In this document: positions 38,374 to 48,162 of the stretch, in pieces | How positions within the stretch are numbered: position 1 is the stretch's first letter | Layout of the letters: the number at the start of each line of letters is the position of its first letter | Source: an uncultured bacterium | GTDB taxonomy: Bacteria; Fidelibacterota; Marinisomatia; Marinisomatales; UBA1611 | Assembly: GCA_943788175.1 (NCBI GenBank) | Contig: CALSPG010000003.1 | Coordinates: forward strand, 32,001-96,000 | DNA: 64,000 nucleotides | Direction: 5' to 3' | Notes under the pieces: generated by a model | The model's database searches: none | What the model saw: only the letters and a program-made list of their open reading frames with translations | What the model was told of the DNA's origin: nothing | Translations under genes and position numbers: made by a program

Positions 38374-39243
38374 ATGTCTAGATTAACTATTTATGTTTTA
38401 TCCTTTCTTTTTTCTTTTTCTTTTGCACAAGATAAAGGAATAGAGCTTTTTAATGATAAAAAATACAGTGAAGCAATTGAATATTATAAAAAAGTACTCA
38501 AAAAGAGAAAAGGTGATGCCGCTGCTGAATTGGGATTGGGTTCAAGCGCTTATTACAATGATAACATCGACCTTGCCTTGAAAAGCTTTGAAGACGCTTC
38601 TAAATCAGATAACGATATCATTCAATCCAAAGCTTTATATAATATTGCTCGAATTTTGCAGGATAAAGATGAAATAAGTAAGAGTTTGAAATTATATAAA
38701 AAAGCTTTAGAGTTAAATCCAAGTGATGTTGATACAAAAATCAATTATGAAATATTAAAAAAAATGAAAAACGAAGAACAGCAAGAGAATCAAGACCAAG
38801 AGGGTAGCCAAGAACAGCAAGAGAATCAAGACCAAGAGGGTAGCCAAGAACAGCAAGAGAATCAAGACCAAGAGGGTAGCCAAGAACAGCAAGAGAATCA
38901 AGACCAAGAGGGTAGCCAAGAACAGCAAGAGAATCAAGACCAAGAGGGTAGCCAAGAACAGCAAGAGAATCAAGACCAAGAGGGTAGCCAAGAACAGCAA
39001 GAGAATCAAGACCAAGAGGGTAGCCAAGAACAGCAAGAGAATCAAGACCAAGAGGGTAGCCAAGAGCAGCAAGAGAATCAAGACCAAGAGGGTAGCAGTA
39101 GTGCTGATAATATTGAAAAAGAAAAATCTGACCAGATGATTCAAGCAGAGGCGATTTTAAATGCTCTTAAAGGTCAAGAAGAGATTAATCAAAAACAAAA
39201 AATTTTAAAATCAAAGATATTAAGATATGAAAAAGATTGGTAA
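38374..39243 (+). CDS. batC: TPR protein BatC with Gln/Glu-rich repeat linker
   Basis: Signal peptide, TPRs (YKKALELNP.D...K.NYE), repeat linker, terminal EKDW. Confidence 0.85.
   Translation: MSRLTIYVLSFLFSFSFAQDKGIELFNDKKYSEAIEYYKKVLKKRKGDAAAELGLGSSAYYNDNIDLALKSFEDASKSDNDIIQSKALYNIARILQDKDEISKSLKLYKKALELNPSDVDTKINYEILKKMKNEEQQENQDQEGSQEQQENQDQEGSQEQQENQDQEGSQEQQENQDQEGSQEQQENQDQEGSQEQQENQDQEGSQEQQENQDQEGSQEQQENQDQEGSQEQQENQDQEGSSSADNIEKEKSDQMIQAEAILNALKGQEEINQKQKILKSKILRYEKDW
38773..39096 (+). repeat. Coding tandem repeat, 36-bp unit (QEQQENQDQEGS), 9 copies
   Basis: caagaacagcaagagaatcaagaccaagagggtagc repeated with no spacers. Confidence 0.97.
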
Positions 39244-39247
39244 TAAG

Positions 39248-40955
39248 ATGATAAAAATTTGTTTTATATTAATTTTTAAATCGTCTTTTATATTTGGTTT
39301 TCAGGCTAAAGCAATTGTTGATAAGAATAATGTTACTCTTGACGATGTTATAAATTTTAAAATTGAATTAGAAAGTACAATTTCGTTTGGAGATCTCAAT
39401 GCCAGTAGTATCTTTAAAGATTTTGATATAATTAGTGGCCCGAGTCAGCAAACCACTATGCAGTGGATTAATGGTCGAATGACCAATTCAAAAATCATGT
39501 CTTGGATGATTTCTCCAAAAAAAGTAGGCAGGTTAATAATACCTTCTTTAAATATATCGATTGGAGGTGACAAAAATATCCACAAATAAAATTATAATCC
39601 TGGTGGAAAAATCTAAATTAAGTAAGAAAGACTTAGACGTTTTTATTTCAGCAGAATTAAATAAAGATAAAGTGTATCTGGGAGAGCAAATTATACTGAC
39701 TTATAAAATATACAGGAAAGTGGAGTGTTCAATTGAGCCATTTGAAATTCCGAAATTTGCAGGGTTTTGGGCTGAAGAAATTTTTAGGCCAAATCAGATC
39801 AAGTTTAAAAATATTTCTCTTAACGGAGTTAACTATCAGGAGGGTACTTTATATAAGGTAGCATTATTTCCTATTTCAGGTAAAGAGCATGTTTTACAAC
39901 CTTTATCTGTAAAAGTGAAAAAACAAAAAAATAAAAAAAGAAACAATAGAGACCCATTTTTCAATCCTTTTTTTGACTCTTTTTTTACAGAAACCGAAAC
40001 GAAAATATTAAAGACCCAGGAGAATAAAGTGGCTATTAAAAAATATCCGGGTCTAAGGCCTAGTGGGTTTACTGGTGGAGTTGGGAGTTTTAAAATTTTC
40101 ACTGAAACTGACGTTGATTCGACTATCGTAAATGAAGCCATAACATTTAAAATATCAATTAATGGAACTGGTAATATGGGTTTGTTTACTCTACCTGAAA
40201 TTAAATTTTCTGACGAAATCGATCAATTTTCACCCAAGGAGCGATTTGAGAAAAATGTATTTAGAGATGAATTTTCTGGTAAAATGACATGGGAATACAT
40301 CTTGGTTCCTAGGCTACCAGGGAAATTAACTATCCCTCCAATAGCACTTACTTATTTTAATCCTAAACTTGAAAAATGGCAAAGGTTGACATCAAAACCA
40401 CAGTCTGTTTTTGTTAAAAAACTAAGTAAGAACTATTTAGTAAATAATGGACTTACCAAGAGAGATATTGAAGTGATTGGCAAAGATATTAAATACATCC
40501 ACATGGGTAACGTTCAGTTCTCTCCAATAATTCCGCATTCCTTTTCTTATGCCTTTTATATCTACATATTAAGTGTCTTGATTTTAATTTCACCTTTATT
40601 AGCTAAATATGTAATTGGTTATAATCTAGATAGATTGCCTGGAAAAATAAAAAATAGTGCATTGAAAAAAGCTATTAGATCTATTGAAAATTATTCTTAT
40701 GATGATTCTTTTGATAATTCAAAAATTATTTATGTTTTTTTAAAAGATAGATTTCAACTTTCCAATGCTAACCTTGATACTATGTCTATCAGCGACCTCC
40801 TTAAAGATTTTATACCTAAAGAACTATTAAACGAGCTTATTGAAGTAGTAAAAATTTGCGATAGAATGTCTTATGGGTTTGCATCGATTGACGATAAGAA
40901 AATAGTAAGCCAAAATATTTCTAAAATACTTAAAAAAATTGATGAAACATGTTAA
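39248..40955 (+). CDS. batD: BatD family protein; split by a frameshift in an A5 run near 39572-39576
   Basis: GPSQ.T.MQWING, VYLGEQ.ILTY, GFW.EE, F.GGVG.F, I.GTGN, YFNP; the two ORFs join as GDKISTNK if one A is removed. Confidence 0.85.
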
Positions 40956-41698
40956 TAATTAAAACTTTTATATACATCACAATTATCTCAATCGTTACAG
41001 CAAATAACGAATTTGGAATATTTGAAGCTGCAAATTCACATTATAATGAAGGTAATTATGGTGATTCAATTGAGCTTTATGAAAAGATTATTTTGGATGG
41101 TCTTCATAGTAGTGATCTATATTATAATCTCGGAAATGCCTATTATAGACAAGGGTTTGTTGGGCAATCTATTTGGGCATATAACAAAGCAATCTTGCTT
41201 AATCCAAGATTGGGTGATGCAAAGTATAATTTAGAAATAGCAATGGCATCTATGAAAGACCGAATAGTATTACCATCGGAGTTTTTACCTGTTCAAACAT
41301 ATATAAGCATTAAATCAAATTATACTTTTAATGAATGGCTTCTTATTGGAAGTTTAGTTGTTCTATTCACAGTTTGTTTTTTTGTGGCATCAAAATTTTT
41401 TATATTAAGTAATGGAATTGTGCAAAAATCTCTTTTCATGCTTGTTATTTTAATCACCGTATTACATTTGATTTTAATTGACTTATTTTTTGAACAAAAT
41501 ACACAGCAACCTGGAATTATTATTTCAAATGAGGTTAATGCATATTCCGGTCCTTTTGTTGGGGAAAACACAATGCTTTTTACTATTAATGAAGGTACCA
41601 GAGCAAAAATTTATCAAAGGCAAGGAGATTGGATTGAAATAGCTATTATTAATGGCGATAAAGCTTGGGTTCCTTCAAATACTCTTCGAAAACTATGA
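40949..41698 (+). CDS. batE: TPR/SH3 protein BatE
   Basis: YYNLGNAYY, P...DA.YNL, EGT...I...GDW.EI....G..AWVP. Confidence 0.87.
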   Translation: MLIIKTFIYITIISIVTANNEFGIFEAANSHYNEGNYGDSIELYEKIILDGLHSSDLYYNLGNAYYRQGFVGQSIWAYNKAILLNPRLGDAKYNLEIAMASMKDRIVLPSEFLPVQTYISIKSNYTFNEWLLIGSLVVLFTVCFFVASKFFILSNGIVQKSLFMLVILITVLHLILIDLFFEQNTQQPGIIISNEVNAYSGPFVGENTMLFTINEGTRAKIYQRQGDWIEIAIINGDKAWVPSNTLRKL

Positions 41699-42129
41699 TA
41701 AAAAAAAATATACTAATTATTTTTCTTCATATTTATGCTTTTCCTCAATCAGGTGACTCTTTATTTTGGTTTAATCAAAATGATTTACATGAAAAATTAC
41801 CCGAGTTTCCATTAATTATTAATAGAGTGTTAACTGGGTATCATATCCCCTTAATTGACTCTATGAATAACATAAAAATTGGAACATTCGAAGTTTATCG
41901 AATTCAAATTTTTGAGTCCTCAATTGCTTCAATTGCTAGAGCAGAAGCAAAAAGGTTTCAAAATATTTTGGGCGATACAGTTTATATAGATTTTGAAACC
42001 CCTCTTTATAAACTTCGAATTGGAAACTATACGGTTAGAAAAAATGCTGAAAAAGCAATTAAATCTATGTCTAGATTGGGTGTAAAAGATTCATGGATTA
42101 TAAGAACAAAAACAACCATTGAGGACTGA
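41695..42129 (+). CDS. SPOR-domain protein
   Basis: YRIQIF, FETPLYKLRIGNY....A, DSWI. Confidence 0.8.
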   Translation: MIKKNILIIFLHIYAFPQSGDSLFWFNQNDLHEKLPEFPLIINRVLTGYHIPLIDSMNNIKIGTFEVYRIQIFESSIASIARAEAKRFQNILGDTVYIDFETPLYKLRIGNYTVRKNAEKAIKSMSRLGVKDSWIIRTKTTIED

Positions 42130-42134
42130 AAATA

Positions 42135-42860
42135 ATGGCAGGGCATAGCAAGTGGGCAAATATTAAACATCGTAAAGGAGCCCAAGATGCAAAAAGGGGG
42201 AAAGTATTCACAAAAATAATTAAAGAAATCACAGTTGCGGCTAGATTGAATGGTGGTGATTTAGAAGCAAATCCGCGGCTAAGAAGAGCAGTATCTAATG
42301 CTCGGTCCAATAATATGCCTCAAGATAATATTTTGAGAGCAATTAAAAAAGGCACTGGAGAGCTTGAAGGAGTTAATTATGAGGAAATGATTTATGAAGC
42401 ATATGGTCCGATTGGTATAGCAATATATATGGAAGTCATAACAGATAATAAAAACCGAACTGTATCTGAGCTTAGGAATATCCTAAATAAAAATAATGGT
42501 AGCTTAGCTGAGCCAGGTAGTGTTTCTTGGATATTTAAAAGGGTAGGAATGATAATATTGGTATCAAGTTTACCGAATGAAGATACTTTGTTAAATGATA
42601 TTTTAGAAAGTGGCGCTAATGACTTTGAGATAAATGAAAATGAGGCTTATGTCTCGACAGAGCAAAATGAGTTGATGGTGGTTAAAGAGAATCTTGAGAA
42701 AAGAGGATATAATATTAAATCATCAGAACTTATAATGTCCCCGAATTCTTTACAAAGTGTTGATATTGAAGATGCTGATAAAGTCTTGGATTTGATGGAA
42801 ATTATTGATAATCATGATGATGTAAATCAAGTGTATTCTAACTTTTTCGTAAAAGACTAA
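42135..42860 (+). CDS. yebC: YebC/PmpR family protein
   Basis: MAGHSKWANIKHRK, NPRLR, YEAYGP, TDNKNRT, DDV..VY.N. Confidence 0.96.
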   Translation: MAGHSKWANIKHRKGAQDAKRGKVFTKIIKEITVAARLNGGDLEANPRLRRAVSNARSNNMPQDNILRAIKKGTGELEGVNYEEMIYEAYGPIGIAIYMEVITDNKNRTVSELRNILNKNNGSLAEPGSVSWIFKRVGMIILVSSLPNEDTLLNDILESGANDFEINENEAYVSTEQNELMVVKENLEKRGYNIKSSELIMSPNSLQSVDIEDADKVLDLMEIIDNHDDVNQVYSNFFVKD

Positions 42861-42861
42861 G

Positions 42862-43347
42862 TTGAGTATAAATAGAATTATATCCATTGACCCAGGAATT
42901 AATATTACGGGCTTTAGCATAATCGACTTTCAAAAATCGCATATTAAGCTTGCTGCTTATGGTGTAATAAAGCCAAATAAAAAAGAGCGTCTTGAAAAAC
43001 GATTGTTGCATTTACATGATGAAACTCATTCTATAATAAATAAATTCAATCCAAGTATTATGGCCATTGAAGATAGCTTCTACAGCAAAAATGTAAAATC
43101 TGCTGTAGTTTTAGGCCAGTCGCGTGCTTCAATGATGTTAGCTGGAGCTAAACTAGATCTTGATATTTTTCAATTTGCACCTAGGAAAGTAAAACAGTCC
43201 TTATGTGGTAATGGATCAGCAACAAAAGAGCAAGTGCAGTTTATGGTAGCAAGTATTTTAAAGTTAGATGCGCTTCCCCATCCAATAGATATAACAGATG
43301 CTATGGCAGTTGGGATTTGTTTTGTAAATAATTATAACACTATATAG
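42862..43347 (+). CDS. ruvC: Holliday junction resolvase RuvC
   Basis: IDPG...TG, AIE, VKQ...G.G.A.KEQV, D..DA.A. Confidence 0.94.
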   Translation: MSINRIISIDPGINITGFSIIDFQKSHIKLAAYGVIKPNKKERLEKRLLHLHDETHSIINKFNPSIMAIEDSFYSKNVKSAVVLGQSRASMMLAGAKLDLDIFQFAPRKVKQSLCGNGSATKEQVQFMVASILKLDALPHPIDITDAMAVGICFVNNYNTI

Positions 43348-43364
43348 AATAAAAGAGCACAAGA

Positions 43365-43964
43365 ATGATATCACAAATTACCGGAAAACTAATTTCTTTA
43401 AATGAGGGGTTTGTAATTATAGAATTGAGCGGTTTAGGATTAAAAGTCAATATGTCGACAACTGCCATTAGAAATTTTAAATTAAATGAAATTATATCTC
43501 TTGTTACGCACATGCATGTAAGAGAGGATGCCTTAGATTTATTTGGTTTTATTAATGAATCAGGGAAAAAACTCTTTTTAATGTTAATTTCCATTAGTGG
43601 AATTGGCCCGAAGCTTGGGATGACAATATTAAGTGGAATCGAGCCTGAAAAATTAAAAAACTGTATAATTGCAGGTGATGTAAAAACATTGACTTCTATT
43701 TCTGGAGTTGGTGCTAAGACTGCTAAACGGATTATTATTGAGTTGAAGGATAAATTTTCTAAAGTTGATGATGAAAATTTAGGTTTCAATGATGATAAAA
43801 ATTCTGAAATTATTAATAATATTTTGAATGCATTGATTAGTCTTGGTTATAGCGAAATCGAGTCAAAAAAAGTAATTGAGAAGTTAAGTTTATTGAATTC
43901 TGACCAGAATAATAAAAGAATTGAAACTTTAATTAAAGAAGCCTTAGATCTACTAAATGCCTAA
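43365..43964 (+). CDS. ruvA: Holliday junction branch migration protein RuvA
   Basis: HVRED...LFGF, SGIGPK, GVG.KTA.RI..ELK, AL.SLGY. Confidence 0.95.
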   Translation: MISQITGKLISLNEGFVIIELSGLGLKVNMSTTAIRNFKLNEIISLVTHMHVREDALDLFGFINESGKKLFLMLISISGIGPKLGMTILSGIEPEKLKNCIIAGDVKTLTSISGVGAKTAKRIIIELKDKFSKVDDENLGFNDDKNSEIINNILNALISLGYSEIESKKVIEKLSLLNSDQNNKRIETLIKEALDLLNA

Positions 43965-45060
43965 TAAACCTAAAAAAACAGCGCTTTATGACTATCATAT
44001 TGCAAACAGTAATAATGTTGTAGATTTTTCCGGATTTTATCTTCCTGTTTTCTACAGTGGTATAATAGATGAGCACCGCGCAGTAAGAAAAAAAGCAGCC
44101 CTTTTTGATGTTAGTCATATGGGTCAATTAATAATAAGTGGAAAAGAATCTGAAAAATTTGTTCAAACAGTCACAACAAATGATGTCAGTAAACTGAATT
44201 TTGGACAGGCTCAATATTCTGCAATATGTAATGAATTAGGCGGGTTGATTGATGATGTTATTGTCTATAAACGTAAATCAGATTATATGATAGTAGTTAA
44301 TGCTTCAGGCATTGAAAAAAAATACAAGTGGCTCAAATCAGCTTCAACAAAAAGTGTCCAAATTGAAAACAGAAGTAATGAGCTTTCAATGATTGCAATA
44401 CAAGGACCTTTGTCGCGTAAAATTATTCAGGCTAATACATCGGTTGATATTTCAAAATTAAAGTTCTATAATTTTATTGAAAGTATTGATTTTCTTGGTT
44501 TTACCATTTTATTGTCGAGGACTGGTTATACAGGAGAACTTGGTTTTGAAATTTATTGTTCTAATGAAGCAACTAGTTATATTTGGAATTCCATACTTGA
44601 AGAATATAAGAGCACTGGTGTGAAGCCTGCGGGCTTAGGCTCAAGAGATACTTTAAGGCTAGAAATGGGTTATCTTCTTTATGGAAATGATATGAATATT
44701 AAAACTAATCCTTTCAACGCTGGTCTTGGATGGATTACAAATCTAAATAAAGGTTTTTTTATTGGTCGCGATGAAATAATATTAAATAGAAAAACCATAG
44801 ATACTGTATTAATATATTTTGTAATGATTGAAAAAGGTATTCCAAGATCTGGGTGTGATATAATCATGAAAGATGAGAGTGTCGGTTATGTTACTAGTGG
44901 TACTATCAGTCCTAGTTTGAATAGAGGTATAGGTATTGGTTATATAAAAGCAGATTATATAGGAAAAGATAAACTGATTTCAATTAGAATTAGAGGTCGA
45001 AATAAAAAAGGGGAGTTGGTAAAGGCTCCTTTTTATAAAAGAGGTAGTTTAAATAGCTAA
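43957..45060 (+). CDS. gcvT: Glycine cleavage system aminomethyltransferase T
   Basis: EH.AVR, FDVSHMG, GG.IDD, SRTGYTGE.GFE, RDTLRLE.G..LYG. Confidence 0.95.
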   Translation: MPNKPKKTALYDYHIANSNNVVDFSGFYLPVFYSGIIDEHRAVRKKAALFDVSHMGQLIISGKESEKFVQTVTTNDVSKLNFGQAQYSAICNELGGLIDDVIVYKRKSDYMIVVNASGIEKKYKWLKSASTKSVQIENRSNELSMIAIQGPLSRKIIQANTSVDISKLKFYNFIESIDFLGFTILLSRTGYTGELGFEIYCSNEATSYIWNSILEEYKSTGVKPAGLGSRDTLRLEMGYLLYGNDMNIKTNPFNAGLGWITNLNKGFFIGRDEIILNRKTIDTVLIYFVMIEKGIPRSGCDIIMKDESVGYVTSGTISPSLNRGIGIGYIKADYIGKDKLISIRIRGRNKKGELVKAPFYKRGSLNS

Positions 45061-45121
45061 TTATTGATCATAATTATATATATAATTTAAATTATTATAC
45101 TTATTTTTAAATCAGCCCAAT

Positions 45122-47584
45122 ATGCCTAAGAAAACTTCCAATAAAAATCATAAACGCCTTGAAATTCTTGGTGTTTTAATTTTGGCTGTTTCTACATTTA
45201 TTGTTGTTAGCCTTATTGGACATGATTCCAGCGAAGAATTAGTTATAAGTCCAGATGCTCAAATTAATAATCCTATGGGTATTTTAGGTGTTATTGTATC
45301 ACATTTATTAATCAAACTTGGTTTTGGTTATGTTGCATTAGCGATGCCTGTTTTGGGGATTTATTGGGGATGGGTCTTTTTTTCTAAAAAAGACAAAAAG
45401 CAGCCCCTTAGGCTTTCTTTTTATGGTTTGCTTACTATGCTGCTGCTATCCATTAATGTAGGGGTGGCTTCAATATATTTAAGTCTAGGGCCTTCTAAAT
45501 TTTATTATTCTGGATTTTTTTCAGGCATGCTTGCTGATTTTTTTTTGGATATGTTTAGTGTTTATGGTTGTATAATATTCATCATAGCTGGTTATGTAAT
45601 GTTGGTTAGAGCATATTTCGATCTTGATTTATATAAGCCAATATTGATTTTAAAAGAAAAAATGTTATCAACGTGGAATGATTATTTAGAAAACCGTGAA
45701 TTAATTGCAAAAGAAAATGAAAAAAGAAATCATACAAATGAACTAAAATCTAAAATTAATTTAGTTGATGATGTAAACAATAAATCAATAATTGAAGAAT
45801 CTATAGATGTTTTAGAACTTAGTTCAACTGAGGAACATTCAACTGAGGAACATTCAACTGAGGAACATTCAACTGAGGAACATTCAACTGAGGAACATTC
45901 AACTGAGGAACATTCAACTGAGGAACATTCAACTGAGGAACATTCAACTGAGGAACATTCAACTGAGGAACATTCAACTGAGGAACATTCAACTGAGGAA
46001 CATTCAACTGAGGAACATTCAACTGAGTTGGACGATATTGCTCAAAAAATAGCTGAAGATTTAAATATCGAAGAAATGGCAAAAAACGCGGAGGTTGATA
46101 TTGATGATATCGAAGATAGAAAAAAACCAAAACGTAAATATATACTACCTTCATCGGATTTGCTGATAGACCCGGTAAGTATATCAGATTCTTTGAGTAG
46201 AGATGAATTAGTCGAAAGAGCAAATTACTTAACTCAGTCTCTTTCTACTTATGGGGTAGAAGGTAAAGTTGTCAATGTCCATCCGGGCCCTGTTATTACC
46301 TTATTTGAAGTTGAGCCTGCCGAAGGCGTAAGAGTAAATAAATTTGTCCAGCTATCTGATGATTTAGCAAGAGTTATGGAAGCTAGTAGTGTTAGGGTTA
46401 TTGCACCAATTCCTGGGAGGTCTTCTGTGGGTATTGAAATACCTAATCGGAATCCAGCAACTGTTTATTTTAAATCGGTTGTTAATAGTCCTGAATTTGC
46501 TGAATCTGATTCAATGCTCACGTTAGCTATTGGTAAAACAACATCTGGAGAAATTGCAACTCTTGATTTAGGGAAAATGCCGCACTTATTAATTGCTGGT
46601 ACAACTGGTTCAGGTAAATCTGTATGTATTAATACTATTATATGCAGCATTCTTTACCATGCGAGCCCAGATGAAGTAAAATTTGTAATGATTGACCCTA
46701 AAAAAGTTGAAATGACTTTATATAAAAAGTTAGAAGGCTATCATTTATTAAAAATGGCGGATATTGACGAGCCAATTGTAACCTCAGTAGACAATGCTAT
46801 CCTTTCGTTAAGGGCACTTGAAAAGGAAATGGATAGACGTTATAACGTTCTTGCTGAGGCTGTTGTAAGAAATATTTCTGAATATAATAATAAGATGAAA
46901 AAAGCCGATCAGTTAATTATGCCTTATATCGTTCTCGTTATAGATGAGTTAGCTGATTTAATGATGTTATCTGCAAAAGATGTTGAGGCTCCTATAGCAA
47001 GGCTTGCTCAGTTAGCTAGGGCCGTAGGTATTCATTTAGTTATTGCGACGCAGAGACCTTCAGTCGATGTCATTACTGGTGTTATTAAAGCAAATTTTCC
47101 TTCAAGAATCGCATTCCAAGTTGCTAGTAAAATTGATTCAAGAACTATTATTGACCAACCTGGAGCAGATAAATTAATTGGCAGGGGTGATATGTTGCAC
47201 CTTGGAACTGGTAGTTCTGATGTTTTTAGAATGCATAATGCATTTTTAACCTTAGAAGAGATAGAAGCAATTATGGGGCATGTTATTGAACAGCCTAAAT
47301 CTGAAAGTAATATTCTGCCATCTGTTCGCGAATCTCTCCACAATGAATATGGAGGTAGCGATGATGGTTCCAATGATGAATTATTTAATGATGCCATAGC
47401 TCTTGTTGTAACGCACCAACAAGGTTCAATATCCCTTTTACAGCGACGGTTAAAAGTAGGCTATTCAAGAGCAGCACGATTAATTGATGAAATGGAACAG
47501 TCGGGTATTGTTGGGCCTTTTACTGGAAGTAAAGCGAGAGAAGTCCTTGTTGATGAGTCCTATTTAGAAATAATAAAAGACTGA
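45122..47584 (+). CDS. ftsK: DNA translocase FtsK with STEEH-repeat linker
   Basis: 4TM N-terminus, PHLLIAGTTGSGKS, IDELADL, ATQRPS, gamma domain LQRRLKVGYSRAAR. Confidence 0.96.
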   Translation: MPKKTSNKNHKRLEILGVLILAVSTFIVVSLIGHDSSEELVISPDAQINNPMGILGVIVSHLLIKLGFGYVALAMPVLGIYWGWVFFSKKDKKQPLRLSFYGLLTMLLLSINVGVASIYLSLGPSKFYYSGFFSGMLADFFLDMFSVYGCIIFIIAGYVMLVRAYFDLDLYKPILILKEKMLSTWNDYLENRELIAKENEKRNHTNELKSKINLVDDVNNKSIIEESIDVLELSSTEEHSTEEHSTEEHSTEEHSTEEHSTEEHSTEEHSTEEHSTEEHSTEEHSTEEHSTEEHSTEEHSTELDDIAQKIAEDLNIEEMAKNAEVDIDDIEDRKKPKRKYILPSSDLLIDPVSISDSLSRDELVERANYLTQSLSTYGVEGKVVNVHPGPVITLFEVEPAEGVRVNKFVQLSDDLARVMEASSVRVIAPIPGRSSVGIEIPNRNPATVYFKSVVNSPEFAESDSMLTLAIGKTTSGEIATLDLGKMPHLLIAGTTGSGKSVCINTIICSILYHASPDEVKFVMIDPKKVEMTLYKKLEGYHLLKMADIDEPIVTSVDNAILSLRALEKEMDRRYNVLAEAVVRNISEYNNKMKKADQLIMPYIVLVIDELADLMMLSAKDVEAPIARLAQLARAVGIHLVIATQRPSVDVITGVIKANFPSRIAFQVASKIDSRTIIDQPGADKLIGRGDMLHLGTGSSDVFRMHNAFLTLEEIEAIMGHVIEQPKSESNILPSVRESLHNEYGGSDDGSNDELFNDAIALVVTHQQGSISLLQRRLKVGYSRAARLIDEMEQSGIVGPFTGSKAREVLVDESYLEIIKD
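45824..46027 (+). repeat. Coding tandem repeat, 15-bp unit tcaactgaggaacat (STEEH), 13 copies plus a partial
   Basis: Perfect repeats read directly. Confidence 0.97.
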
Positions 47585-47589
47585 TTTTC

Positions 47590-48162
47590 TTGAAAGTAGT
47601 TGTCCGTTTTTTAGTAATTTTTAATTTATTTCATATTGCAATGGCAAATCACGTAGATGATTTTTACAAGATGTTAGTAAATTCTGACGTAGCTGCATTT
47701 AAAATAAAGTATTCTCAGAACCAATTTGATAGTGTTTTTGAATCTGTTGGTACTTGTTATTTTATTGGTCCAGGTGAGTATTTTTATCAATCCGAAGATA
47801 TAGAAATATATGCTCAAGCTGATCAGATTGTCACCAAAAACTTTAAGACAAAACAAGTACTTTATAACTCAGTAAATAAAGACCATTTTAGTTTAATGAC
47901 TTTATTGTCAGGTAAAAAAAACAAAATTAAATTTTTTGATAAATATGACCGAGATTTTAATTATCATTTTACTGTCCCTCAATTAGGATTTGATGGCTTT
48001 TTTTCCTTCAATAACAAAACTGGCCTTATACAAGGTTTAAATTTAGAGATTGGTCAAAATCAATCAATGTACATTGAAGTTATTTCGATTGAGTTGATTG
48101 ATAATTTTTCTATGCCAAAAATAAATGTTGAAAATTTTGATTTAATTGATTTACGTGGCTAA
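47590..48162 (+). CDS. LolA-like periplasmic protein
   Basis: Signal peptide, about 190 aa, beta-rich, directly after ftsK (conserved ftsK-lolA order). Confidence 0.55.
   Translation: MKVVVRFLVIFNLFHIAMANHVDDFYKMLVNSDVAAFKIKYSQNQFDSVFESVGTCYFIGPGEYFYQSEDIEIYAQADQIVTKNFKTKQVLYNSVNKDHFSLMTLLSGKKNKIKFFDKYDRDFNYHFTVPQLGFDGFFSFNNKTGLIQGLNLEIGQNQSMYIEVISIELIDNFSMPKINVENFDLIDLRG

Noticed and set aside
38773-39096. 36-bp direct repeats as a CRISPR array
   Set aside because: No spacers, in frame inside batC, and no cas genes in the window
38755-39144. Antisense hydrophobic repeat ORF (LLVLILLLFLAT)n as a membrane toxin
   Set aside because: Reverse complement of Gln/Glu codons in batC; no independent expression signals seen
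42862-45060. ruvC-ruvA without ruvB, and gcvT without gcvH/gcvP
   Set aside because: Dispersal of these genes is common; no evidence of loss from one window
45819-46223. Antisense QLNVP repeat ORF
   Set aside because: Shadow of the ftsK STEEH repeat
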